From Pelomyxa schiedti (lineage: Eukaryota; Protista; Evosea): DNA of 64,000 nt. How positions within the stretch are numbered: the stretch's first letter is position 1; each line of letters begins with the position of its first letter. Under the pieces are notes generated by a model that searched no databases, was not told the DNA's origin, and saw nothing but the letters and a program-made list of their open reading frames with translations. The stretch lies in NCBI GenBank assembly GCA_020536535.1, contig JAHLWZ010000817.1:1-64000 (forward strand). The letters run 5' to 3'. The translations under genes were made by a program, and so were the position numbers. This document shows positions 39,299 to 52,777 of the stretch, in pieces.

Positions 39299-39663
39299 AA
39301 CACAAATATCTTCCTCCTTTCTATCCCAAAGCACAGTTCAAGAAAGAGAACACACTTAGGCCACACCAGTGATACTGTTGCTGTGACCAGTACATTTACA
39401 TGGAATGGAATGGTTGATGGGATGAGGGCTTGCCAAATGCTTGGAGTCACATGATGGAGCCGAAAACTCTGGTATTCGATTGGTTCACAGTGCCAAAAAG
39501 AAGCTTTTCCAAGTAGGAGCACATGGGTGATTCAAGTTCCAAACACCACCCAAACACCTCCATTTTGAAAGTGTTGGGAGCATCTGTGGGTTGCAACATT
39601 GACAGGCCACAATCCAAAGATAAAGCTCCCAAAGTCCACACGCAACTGCCGAACAGGCTCCAT
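39295..39663 (-). CDS. Possible small spliced gene of unknown function
   Basis: ATG 39663 preceded by CpG-rich sequence; an in-frame GT-AG splice joins MEPVRQLRVDFGSFIFGLWP..QNG to ASFWHCEPIEYQSFRLHHVTPSIWQAL. No family recognised; 3' end uncertain. Confidence 0.3.
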
Positions 39664-39777
39664 CACCGCCGAACCGTTAGTCGTGAGTTATGGGAACGTT
39701 GCCGATTTTTTTAAAGAGCTTTTTTTTATGAAAGAGCTTTCGGGTTTTCTCTTTTTTTTTTATGTTATTTACAAATT

Positions 39778-41498
39778 CTAGGCTGAAATTTTGATTGGGT
39801 GAGCCTTTTCTATGCGGTCTATGACATGAGGGGGGAATCTAGATCTGTCATAGAAGCAACACCCCCTCATTGGAAGAGAGCCATATACTGATTCCGATAT
39901 TCTTCTTTCATATTCCACCAGTTCACCATAGTAGTAATTTGTGGAACTGGGATCCACATCAACATATGAGACTTCACCAATAGTGTGAAGGTGCGATTTG
40001 CCGGATTCTCGAAGTGCAGTATTGCAGATATTATACCCCCACTGTTCCTTCTGTGTTGCAGTTGCGGCTACCTAGATTTGAATTCAATTACTATGTGTAG
40101 GCTGAAGAGTCTTGGGGGAAATTCTGTACCATATCTGGAGTTACATAGCAATCATTTGGAACGGCAGAGATTTGATGAGTATCCAATAAGAGTTTCGTGT
40201 TGACTCCCATTCTACTTAGAACTCCCATAGTTTCATCTATCTGCTTCTGCGATCTCAAAACAAGAACTGCTGTTTCATTAGAAAGTGCTCGCAAAATAAT
40301 CTCAGCTGCAACTGCTAACCCCAGCTGCGGGGTTGGGTAGCACAAGACACAGTGGTCATGGAGTTTTAGACTACCCTGGGAGCGTGTGAGTGAAACGAAA
40401 ATCACAGTGGGAATGTACAATGGCATCCCCCACACATAGTGGAGATGAATCTATTCCCCGACACATTTGCACTGGTATCGAAGATAAAGGACTTCGATTC
40501 TGTTGCCTTGGTAAAAAAAAAAGAAAAAAATTGATTTGGTAGTGGGAAGAAATACAGTTGGAACTGCTCTGCCCCTTGATGTCTGGACTGCAATGACACC
40601 ATTAGGAGTGGTTGACACGAAGCTTGAATTACTGGAGCCCGAGAAATTGGAAAGGCTACAGCCAACCATCCCTAACAGCACGGCCGTTTTTTGACACATT
40701 GGCGCAATTTTGGTTGATGCCTCTTGAACATCACCCCTGTGGTTAAAGTTAGAAAAGAGGAAAGGAAGAAAGGGAATGAATCACACCATTGAGAAGAGCC
40801 AATGGTAGTCTTAGAAATGGAATCAGCAAGTTTTTCCAAATCTCTTTTGATGTCAGCCAGTGATGAGCATGTTTGTGACAGTGTTTGTGCTAAGAGAAAA
40901 GAAAGTTAGACAGTACGGGAAAAAAAAAGAAATTTAACCCACCAAGTTCTTCGTGTGGAGAAGCCAGTGGAGGCATGTTTAAAAGATTTCTTGTGTGAGA
41001 AAGTCCCTAATTATTCAGTCATAAACACAAAGACAATACAAGGAGGATGAGTACTTTTTCCCACCCAAGGTCAGCATTTTTTGTTCCATTGGAATTCTCA
41101 AGGTGGCTAGCTATTGCCTTGCAAACTGATACAGGGTCTACTCTTTCCTCTGCTCCATCAAGCTGATATGACAAGGTGCCACACACTAACTGCCGCGGGG
41201 ATGTGCCATTTGTGTTGGGGTTATTGTCACAACCAATGATAGGTGCTGGAGTGCCACTGTCACCAACAGAATTGCCCCTCAATACTGCGTACAGAGTGTC
41301 GCCGCTCTTTACACCAAAGGATGATAGTGGCGTTGGATCCTGTGACTTCAGTATCCTACCATTGAATACCAACAGGGTCCTCGACAGACACCACCCACAT
41401 TTCCCACTGACCCTACCACTCAACTCCATTACTGTGGTCTGAAAGAAAGAAACAAACCCATTCAGTTTTTGTATACAAAAGACACCAAAAAATCCCAG

Positions 41499-41529
<31 letters not shown>

Positions 41530-41607
41530 CTGTGGCGATATGTCAACAGCTAGTGGTGTCTCGTCACCATTAAACCGTACCACGATCTGCAACGCGCCGT
41601 CGTACAT
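39778..41607 (-). CDS. Ubiquitin-like domain + helical linker + C-terminal MEDS-like sensory domain, multi-exon
   Basis: UBL: LQIVVRFNG..ISPQTTVMELSGRV..LLVFNGRILK..LSSFGVKSGDTLYAVLRG. MEDS-like: HDHCVLCYPTP..AAEIILRALSNETAVLVL..LSRMGVN..HTIGEVSY..GELVEYERRISESVYGSLPMRGCCFYDRSRFPPHVIDRIEKAHP, with intron 40072-40129 inside the domain. Confidence 0.75.
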
Positions 41608-42035
41608 CGTCCTCGGTGCCGCTGTACGTTCTGGTAGTGCACAAAACTTTGCTGGGCTGACGAACGAAATAGAAGGAACGAATGATCGTTTGTTTTGTGC
41701 GTTTTTTTTGGTCTTGCTTGTTTTTTCGTTTCGGGCTGATTTTCCCGATGTTTTCGCCTTACCAGATATCTTCCACCGACGTGATGTGATCACTCCACTG
41801 ATATAGGACCGAAGCACTTTCGTGGATGGCGTCTTCTCGCCCGATGCAGCAATGACACACAGCGCTTTTCTGCGTTTTTTTCATACATTTGCGTTGACGT
41901 TCGTGGGGGGTGTTGGTGGGGGTGTACATCTATCTCTGTGTGGTTTGGTTTGGGCCGGGCCGGGGGTTCTTTTTTTGGGGGTGGGCCGGCCGGCTCTCTC
42001 AGTATTGTATGTGTGTGTTGCTCATACTTCTCCCA

Positions 42036-45000
42036 TTATGATGAGCCAGTCATGCTCGGTCCGACCTCGAGGAGGGTCTTGGCTAGGCGTTGCCTGGTGT
42101 GCGAGGGCACTGAGGATGGGTTGTCGCGGTATTGTGCAAACAAGCCCGTGGTGAGGCGCGTGAGGCACTCTTCCTTGACAAGAAGGAGCCGGTGTTTCTC
42201 TGTCTCGCTCAGGCTGCCAAACAAGGTCCCGCTGCGGGATGCCTCAGTCACGGTGGTGAACAGCCCTTTTATCTTCAGCGGAGAGTCCGGGAAGATGCCG
42301 GACTTTCCTAGAATCTGTGTGTGTGTGTGTGTGTGGTTGGTTGAGTGGTTGTTGTGTGATATAAAGTGGTGGTGGGTCGGGACTTTTGTTTGGGGGTGTG
42401 TCACACCTTGCTCACTGACAGGACTCGCAACCACATTGTCAGAGGGCTGTCTTCCGTCACAACGGATATTATCGCAACAACCGAGGTGATTTTTTCTTTG
42501 ATTTCTTCGTCCTCTAAGGCAGGGGTATCAGTGAGGCAATTCCACGAATTTGTACTAACCGTTTCTTTTGCAGGCTAGCATAAGGGAATACACTGACTCG
42601 TGGTTGTTGTTCGTCTTGGGTGAAGAAAATTAGAAAAGTATAGGGGAAATGGAGTGAAACCTTGTTCCTACTGGCACCAAGATCGAGAAGAGCGTCTAAA
42701 ATCTTCATATTCCCCTGATTTGGTATTTAGTGGCCGCTTCTTTAACAAGAAGTGGGAAAAAAAGCAGGGAAGAAACCGATCTAACGGCAATGTGACAGGG
42801 TGTATCACCACTAAAAAAAAAGTCAGCATTAACATGATTTCTCCTATTAGTTTATTGTAAGCACTTGTTGTCAACTGCGTGAAGGTCAATTCCTCTTTGA
42901 ACCAGGGCAAAGCAGATGTGCTCACAGTTGGCGAAAGGGTGCCTTGCCATAATATGTAAAAGTGTGGATCCTGGGAATCAGAGGGTTAAACAAGATCGTA
43001 GTCAACTTCTTGAGGAAGGAATACCATCTTCGAGTTTTGTAGAGACATCCACTGGGTGGCCACTGACCAAAATGGACATAGCACAATCCACTTTTTCACT
43101 TGCAGAAAGAGCAATCATTAGTGGTGTCATACCACTGCTGTTCTTTGATGATGATACATGTGAAGATAATAGAAGTGCCTAAAGTACTGTGAGTATTTTC
43201 CTAAATTAAGAGGTTTCTTACCTTAGTCATACCGATATTGGTTGTAGTGACAGCAATATGTAGTGCAGTATTCCCACTTGGATCTGTGGCACGAGAGAGA
43301 TTTCTTTTTGTAAAAAAAAGTAAGAAAAAAAAAATGACTTCATTTTACTGACGGATCATTTCTGAGCATTTCCTTGACTAGAGGAACATTCCCTTCGGAG
43401 ACTGTTTCAAGAAACTTTTTGCACTTGGAGAAATTAGCAAATCAAAGTGGTCCACCGAACATCAACTTACCACTTGTGTTGGGTCAACTGGTTTGGAAGC
43501 TTCCTATGAGCAATGGTAGTGAAGGAAGGAATTGTTAAAGGAATACATCTAATGCTTTTTGGAGAAGCGCCGTGATGGCTGGGTTGTTTAATCTAGCTGC
43601 CCAAACCATTGGAGATTCAGATTTAGAATTCGTCTTCGTGGGATCAGCCCCATGAATTAGTAGTTGTTCTATGACTTCTTGGTTTCCCTACCGAGTCTTA
43701 GTTGTTTGACACATACTTTCCCCTTTTATAAGGAATAATATTTATTTACTCCATATTACTTTACTTTTCTCACATGCCTTCATTACAGCAAGATGAAGAG
43801 GTGTCTCGCCATTGGCATTCTGAGCATTAATGTGCGCGTGTCTAAAAGTGTTAGTCAAAACGAACCACAAGAAGGATACTTTTTCTTGAAAATTGGTAAG
43901 AAGCGGGGCAGTGAAGGATGACGGGATAAGTAGTGAAGAGGTGTATTATCTGCTTGTATGTAAGTGAAAAAATCAGAAAAAGGGTGACTCTTTCCATCTT
44001 CATTCTGTGCGTTCAGGTCAATGTGCTCTTGTTGGATTAATTCCCAAATAATTTCCTAAATTACATTGACCAACTTGGAAAAAGTGGTGAATGCAAAAGT
44101 ACTTCGTGATTTTCAGATGAGGCTATGTGAAGACAAGTCCACAGCCTATCATCCTAGGTAATATCTAAGTGAAATTTGTACAGTATTGCTTTGCAGAGCT
44201 ACAGTGAGATAGCAAGATGCCTCATATTTCAACAATAATCTTACACTTCTCAGTTGGCCAGCTTTACAAGCATAGTGCAAGGCTTTATGTATGTAAGGTA
44301 ACAGATAGGCACAGGGGCAACTTTAAAATATACACCTGTCATGTCATGTGTGTACGGAGCGTTTATATACTTCCTATTGGTCTCAAGGATCAGTTCCAAA
44401 TCTTCAGACCCTGTGAATAGTATGAACAAATATGAGGGTGAGAAGAAAAAAAGAAACCCGCTTGTACAGCTTCAATTAGACGCGATACAATGGTTTTTTT
44501 GTACAGATCCCGATCTTTCTTCTTCAGGAGAATACACTACATTTCTCTGGTGAAGGACTAAGAGAAGAAAAATTAAATACATCTGACGAGGGAGAGCTTC
44601 TGAATAGCCGAATTCTGGATTTTTCAAGTTTCTATTTTATGTTCACTTGAAGTTTGGGGAATGAACTGAAAAACCGTTGAACTAGTTGACCTGGTTGTAG
44701 AGCGGTCGGCCTTTTCAACCTTCTCCACAGTTTTTGCCACCTCTTTGTCTCGTTTGCGTTGCTCCTTTTCTGACAGCAAGGACATGGTTGCCACTTTTGG
44801 TACCAAGGCTTTGATTTCATCAGTTGTAGCTTTCTGTGGGTTGTGAGAAATAAAATGAAGTGTCGATTGATGCCTTCTGTGCAGGGTCACTTAAAGGATA
44901 TTTATCCAAATGAGGTGTAGTTAAATAGGAATTACATAATTGCGCGAGGGCAACGATGGATGAATCCCGTTCTTCTGTGGGAACCTGAGCAGGTGGTGGT

Positions 45001-46231
45001 ATTTGTCCAGATGTGGCTTGCTGTATGTGTTACAACACTCTAAGGTATAGTAGACATACTGATATGCTGTCCAAGTACCCTTTCATGCGGTCTTGATTTG
45101 AATCGAGGAACGAATTTAAAGGCATCATAAAGGACTCTCTGAATATTACACAATTTGCAAGGTTTTGTATTGTCTTCGAAATGAGAACCAAGTTCCGTCT
45201 TGTGTCTAATGATGGAGACTCTAATCATAGATTACAGTGTGATTAACACTCGTAAAACCTGCCCTCCAGAATTCCAGTATTATCTGGGGCCACAATTGCT
45301 GGGCAAAAGTATCGTAGTACTACAAATCCCGCAACACAAATTAGTGCGGACTCCGGGAATCTTTTTTTGTTTTTTTGAGCCAGAGGAAAAAGGGAAATTT
45401 TTCATACTTTTCACCACAATACTGCTTTAAGTAGGAACAAACCATTCGAAACCGTCTGATTGAGTTTAACAGAGAAGAGTGACGGGAAATCATACAATGG
45501 GTATTTATCAGCACCAGCAACAATTGCATCAAACACTCTTTGAATGATTTGATGCAATTGTGCAATATTTCTCTCAAGCATACTTGGATCAGCCAGGTTA
45601 ATTGGATTAATCTTTGCACAAACTTCTCAGGAGAAAATGTAAATCACCATGTGACACACTTCTAGGGAGCCATAGTTGCCAGCCACAATACCCTTGATAG
45701 GTTCAGTCAATACTTGTTGGAGATATAACTGGCCATCTTCTAACTTGGACCAAGCAGACATCATCTTCGATGCCAGACTGTTAGACCGGAAAAGAATCCC
45801 CGCTTGGTCTGTGGGTGGGTATCGTGGTAAGAACACTGGTTATGAAGAGGCTGCATCAGAAAGGAAGAAACATACTGGTGGTCCGAATTTCCTTCTTGAT
45901 GAGGAACTCTATCAATGGGAGAGCTCTTCCCTCAGGTTCGAGTACTTTTACACACAAGTCAGCAATCTGCTGTGAATCTTTGGTGTTGGCAACTGTGCAT
46001 AGCCATTCCCCAAACTCCGGAGTTAACACAAGCTGTCATGCACATTTAGTTTTCAATTGGATTTTTCATATATGCACGACTTTGCACGCGAAACAAACAC
46101 CGCCAACGACGCCGACAGCCAATAGCTAAATAATATAATATACATAACAACTAAAAACCAACTACAGTATAGTGTCAACAACACGGTTAAAATACTATAG
46201 CACAAAACGATACCCTACGGAACTCCTCCAT
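42036..46231 (-). CDS. RasGAP domain followed by multiple ankyrin repeats, many exons
   Basis: ILFRSNSLASKMMSAW; NIAQLHQIIQRVFDAIV..YPLRFRMVCSYL; AGFVVLRYFCPAIVAP; ankyrins ALHYACKAG, WTCLHIAS, NTPLHYL, GETPLHLAV, GNTALHIAV, GMTPLMIA, GDTPCHIAV. Confidence 0.85.
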
Positions 46232-46364
46232 CGTATTTGAGAGAAACAGGACAAAAAAGAGAAGAATGATCTTTGGAGATCTAAAGCGAACGTGCGACTT
46301 CCGGAAAAAAATCCAACCAACAGAAAATACCGTTTGACTCGAAAAAGTTGCGGCGAACGAAAAG

Positions 46365-48016
46365 ATGGGCGGCGCGTCGTTGTTGGCTTTTTGTTTCGTT
46401 TTAATGCTGTCATTGGATGGCATCACTTGCCTGGCGACATGTCATTCTGGATCTGGGGATTGCGTGCTCGAGGGAAACGCGGCACAAATACAAATAAAAA
46501 AAGAAATCGAGGCCCTGTGTGCGATGCGCACGTCGTTGAACATTTCGGATTGGCGGGTGTACGACCCGTGCGGAGATCCATCGTGGACTTGGCCGTGCTC
46601 CCCTCATAGGCTTCCTGGCGTTGTTTGCGATCCCACATCGCAAAGAGTTAAAGAAATGTACCCTCACCTCTTGAGTGGCAAGGTTTCTTTTCTTTTTTCC
46701 CGTTTTTTTATTGTGTCTAGAAACTTGTATGCTGGAAACGTGGAGGGGACTATTCCAACACAGATTGGTGATCTTACGGCCCTCAAAATTTTGTGTGTGA
46801 AAAATACTTTCGAAGAAACTTTATTTACATGGAGAAAAGAATTCTCTCTCGAAACAAGATTTCTGGAAGTCTCCCCAATGAAATTGGCCGGCTCACAGTG
46901 CTGATTACATTGTAAGTGACACATTTTTCTTACCAGCATAATGCTCTTTCAAGGGATATGAGTACAAATGAAATTACTGGGGAGATTCCAGAAAGTATAT
47001 ACGATTTGTCAGCACTTCTTCAATTGTATGGCTTCCCTCCCTTCCTTTGTGGTGGGAGCTTCGTTCCTCTTGCCTTTGACATGAGTAAAGATTCTCATTA
47101 GAAAGCTGCACGAAAACCATTTAACTGGAACGCTTTCTAATTCTGTAGAAAAGTTTTCCAGCCTGCAACAATTGTATCCCTTGTTCTTTTGGGCGTTTCT
47201 AACTTTGTGCAGGCAGTTGCAAAAGAATCAACTTGTGGGAACCATACCTGAAAGCGCAGGAAAACTCTCGCACCTTCTTTTCATGTTTTCTTCTTTTCTT
47301 TTTCTTTTTCTTTTTCTTGGACTAACAGGTCTTAGGATGTTGGATAACAACAAGCTCACAGGGGGCCTTCCTGAATCTCTGGGTTCCATTTCCTCCCTCA
47401 GTGAGATGTGTGTGCCTAGTTTCCTTCCCCCTCTAACCCTTGGAAGATCTCTTTATGAAAACCAGCTTGCAGGAACAATCCCACTCCCCTGGATGAAGCT
47501 CCCATCTCTAACTTTTTTGTGACATTCCTCTCCCAACACTTTACCGTTTAACTCGACAATACAGACAATTGAATGGGAATCAGTTGACTGGCAACATCCC
47601 GGCAACTATAAGTTACTTAAGTACTCTTGTCTACCTGTACCTTTAGCAACATATGAAAGCAAACTAAAATTATATTTAGAGATTTATCACATAACAAGCT
47701 GACGGGGGAAATCCCATTTGGCTTGATATACCCTCAAAACTTGCAAACAATGTACGGTCCTCCTACATCTGCCCACTTACTTATTCTTTTCCTTTGCAAA
47801 ACAAAGTCTTCTCCAGGACAATTTCCTTTCAGGAACTATACCGCAGCCGGTTACATACCTCCAACCCAGCAACTGGTATTTGTAATTTTTTTAATCACTT
47901 CACCACTCAATACCCCAACCAGTGACGTATCCCACAACTGCCTCGCAACGACGCAGCGCTGGTGCGACAGCCAAATTTCGCGCCCCGCTTCTGAATGCCA
48001 CTCTTCGTCGCCTTGA
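46365..48016 (+). CDS. Secreted protein with plant-type extracellular LRRs (PGIP/RLP-like), no TM or kinase seen
   Basis: Signal peptide MGGASLLAFCFVLMLSL; N-cap W..DPC..W..GVVC; about 10-11 LxxNxLxGxIP repeats, mostly one per exon (NNKLTGGLPESLG; ENQLAGTIP; HNKLTGEIP); ends DVSHNCL..*. Confidence 0.85.
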
Positions 48017-48164
48017 CAATTCCAACCAAACCCCTTTTTGGAAAAACAAACCAAAACAAAAAAGGTCAAGCATTTTTTCGTTTTAAACAAACGAATCAGA
48101 TCTGTAACGACAAAAAAAAAAACAAAAAGAACAAGTTGAGGCAAGATCCATACACGACGAGGAG

Positions 48165-51106
48165 ATGTGGCACAAGAAACCAAAGGGAGATGTGCAAGCG
48201 TTGGCGGCGCTTAAGAAAATATCACCAGATCGAGCTATGACAGACATGCGAGTGCTGACAGGTACCGCAAAACCAGCTGTGCCGCCTTTGCCGAACTGCC
48301 CAAAAGACGTATATATTTTTGGTGGTACGTATTGCAACGTTGGTTATTGTTGAGGCAGAGAGTGTTTTTTTACAGGTGTAATAATCTCAAGGTCAAACGA
48401 TGTGCGCTAGTGGGACGTACAGGCGTCTTCTTGAAGCACAGGGAAAAAACATAGTTCAGGTGTCAGCCAAAGGAAGCAGAATTCTGGCAGTTCTCACGGG
48501 TTATCTTTCTTCCCACAAACAAATCGTGAAAATTCTAATGCTTTTCCTTATTCAGTTGATGGGGAGGTTTTTGTTGGTCAAATTGCAAAACCACTGGTTC
48601 AGGCTGCCGTGCCAGAACGTGCTGTACAAATTGCTTGTGCAATGGACACCCTGGCGGTTGTTGGAGGTATTAGGTCCTTTTGGGAAGTAATTCCATTTGA
48701 AATTTGGTGGCAGAGTCAGGGATGTTGTACACAGGGACAGTCAAGAGCTCTGGCTCTTGTGCTCTCTCTACCGTTGAAAATCTTCCACGTATGTTCTTCT
48801 GAAAAACTCTTTTTTTTAACATTTCAATTCACAGCTGTCAAACAAGTTTTACTTTGCTCATGCATATCTGTAATTGTTGCCCTCTCCACCAAGGGGGTAT
48901 TATTTTCTTGGGGGCAAAATACTGCCGGACTACTTGGCACAGGGGTTTGTCCGTTAGGCGAAACCGCTCCAACGCCACACCCAATAAAAGTCCCTGGCAC
49001 AGTGGTATTTGCATGTAGTTTTTTTAATTTCTCTAACTGTAATCCTGAAATCAACTTGTTTTCGGGTAGATAGCCTTTGACTGTGGTGAAACACATGTCA
49101 CAGCATTGAATGGTAGTTTAATTTTTCAAAATTTTTCTTGAATGCACTCAGATGCACGGGAGGTGTTTGTGTGGGGAGATAATACCAGTTCTCTGATTGC
49201 GCCTACATCACAGACTACCCTTGAGACACCTTTCCAACTCCCACTACAATTGAGAAATATATGCTCATTATCGTGTGGGGCACAAATTACGTTTGCCATT
49301 ACTGGTACGCATTGTCAGAAGTTTAAGTGCACTCATTAGTATCAGATGATGGGCAACTTTGGGCCTGGGGGTCTGGTAACTACAAACTTCTCACAGGCGA
49401 TTCTATGGATAATAAGATGATGCCAATCCAGCTTGCCCTTCCTCCTGTTCAAAGCGTTTCGTGTGGAGCTAATCATGTCATTGCTCTGACAAGTAAATTT
49501 AGTTGTCTGGGGCAGGGGCCACATCATAAAACAGAGTAACTCACTTGTTCACAAGAAACGTGGGATGTCTATACATGGGGTAGAAATGATCACGATAAGT
49601 TGGGCTATACGGCTGTTCCTGGAAAAAGTATTTATTTTTTCTACTTGCCCACTCTTTTTCCTCTTAGTCCCTGAAGTAAATGGTTTCTTTTCTTTGGCCC
49701 AAGATTATATATTAATGTTTCCAGGCACGCCTACTATGGTTAATTGTGTGGGACGTGCAGTCCTTCAAACTGCTGCTGGTTCAGGATTCACAGCTTTATT
49801 ATCAGGTATTTGGTTTTTTTTATTAAGAAATTGGTATAGTTAGTTATGTCAATTAGAAAGATATCTCTTTGGTGAACATCTCACTGATGTCATGTTGAGA
49901 TCAGAGAATCGCGGTCTGCCTGCACCACGTTTAATTGTAGATATTGTCAACATTTTGTACAAAGGAGGCATGCTCTGAAAAACTCACTGAATAAAGAGTA
50001 ATGGTTTCTCTTAACAATAGCTGAGACTGAGAGCGAGCTATTACGTTTGGCTGGCACCAAAACTCAAGTAATGGCCATCATGGCAATAGTTGACCGTGGT
50101 AAGTTGGCTACATTTCCAAATATCTGTTTATGCCTGTAGGTCAGCCATATGACTTCAGCACAGTTGAAGATCTCAACAATCTTGTAGATCTTTTAAAACA
50201 GTACCTTAACAACCTTCCCGATCCAGTTATTCCTTATGAAGAGTATCCTAAAATACTTGCCCTGGGTGAAAGTATAACAATGGTAGAAACAATCTCGATT
50301 CTCACAATACACTTTAGGGAATGCTCCTGTTGTAGAATACAAACAGTTTATTGCACAACTTCGTCCTGAGACCCACAAGAACTTTTTACTTTTTCTCATT
50401 GCCTTTTTAAATAGGGTACCTCTTTGCATAGTAGATTCCAATTAAATGAACCAGGTTCTCAAAACAAGCCTTATGAATAGCAAAAACATTGCAGTTTGCT
50501 TCCGAGGAATGATGCGTGTCAAACCGGAGGAGCAACTGAAGCCTTCAGATTGCCCAGAGGATCCATCTGCACTCCTTTTCAAGGAGAGTCAGAAGATGAA
50601 CTCTGAAAGTACGGCATTGTCCGTACTTATCGAGAACGGGGCCACGGGACTGGGATTCCCTGATCCATTCAATTTAACAGCTCAGGTTGCTACTCCTTCA
50701 AAAACGTTGTTTCCTCTTTAATGCAATTACCTCTTTTTCCTCACGACAGAAGAAACCAAAAACAAAGCGAGTCAAGGTGTGTAACGTTCCCATAGCCTCT
50801 CAACACCCTAACACTTGCACGCAGGCCAGAACTGCGGAGCTTACTCCAGCAGAACAACAAGCTTGCACTATGTGGGGCAAGGGCACTTCCATGACCAAAA
50901 CCCAGTTCAGAGACCTTTTACAAGACCTGTGCCGCGACCAGGTTCGTCTTGAACTGCTTATCGCAAGCTTCTGATTATTAAAATAGTCAATCCCCCCTCC
51001 CGACGATGCCGACATTGAAGAAGGCTTGCAGACTATTGATTTGGCTGATCCCAGCAGAGTTACCTTCAAAGAGTTCCAACAGGTTATCCATTCCCTTCTC
51101 AAATAG
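48165..51106 (+). CDS. RCC1 repeats + RhoGAP + C-terminal EF-hand-like domain, multi-exon
   Basis: RCC1: GVLFSWGQNTAGLLG; EVFVWGDN; SLSCGAQITFAIT; GQLWAWGSG; VSCGANHVIAL. GAP: LFGEHL..LLRLAG..LVDLLKQYLNNLPDPVIP..LMNSKNIAVCF. EF-like: IEEGLQTIDLADPSRVTFKEFQQV. Confidence 0.82.
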
Positions 51107-51317
51107 GCACCTAACACTAGTACAGTTTTGGAAATGGTACACAAGCACACGCAAGTAGGGAAGCTTCCTTCTGCCAATTTTTGTCATGGTTGTTTTTTGT
51201 ACAATGAAATTTTTAAAAAGGGCACCACTGCCGCACCCAAAGCTCAATAGGAGGAAGGGAAAAAAAGTTTATGGCCTATTTATTTGGTTTTCTTCAAGTC
51301 TTTCCAAAGGTTCTATA

Positions 51318-52442
<1,125 letters not shown>

Positions 52443-52777
52443 TGGCAATTATGGGAAAAAACCACTACTGCAAAAAAGGGTCTGCCAAAGGGGACCTGTT
52501 GTTGGTTGGTTTTCTTTTGAAAAAAATTTCTATTTCCCCGTTGTGGCGCGTCTTGTACCTTGGCTCTTTTTTTTTTTTTTCTTTCGCTTCTTTCATTTTT
52601 TTCCACTGTCCCTTTTTTTAGATTCAGGTTCGAGCGAACTACTTCTTGGGCAAGTGATCTCGTGGTACCCACAACCTCCTCCACTTGCACCTGTGTCACA
52701 GCGCTATGTTCCGTTCCCCGTATACGAAAGAAATCTGTTAACTCCAGGGTTTATTGCGTTTTTTTTTTTTTCTTGTG

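Noticed and set aside
43843-43880. Intron with GTATCCTT 5' end resembling a U12 (minor) intron donor in the RasGAP-ankyrin gene
   Set aside because: The branch site (TGACTAAC) is U2-type, there is no TCCTTAAC, and GTAT-starting donors are common here, so it is probably chance.
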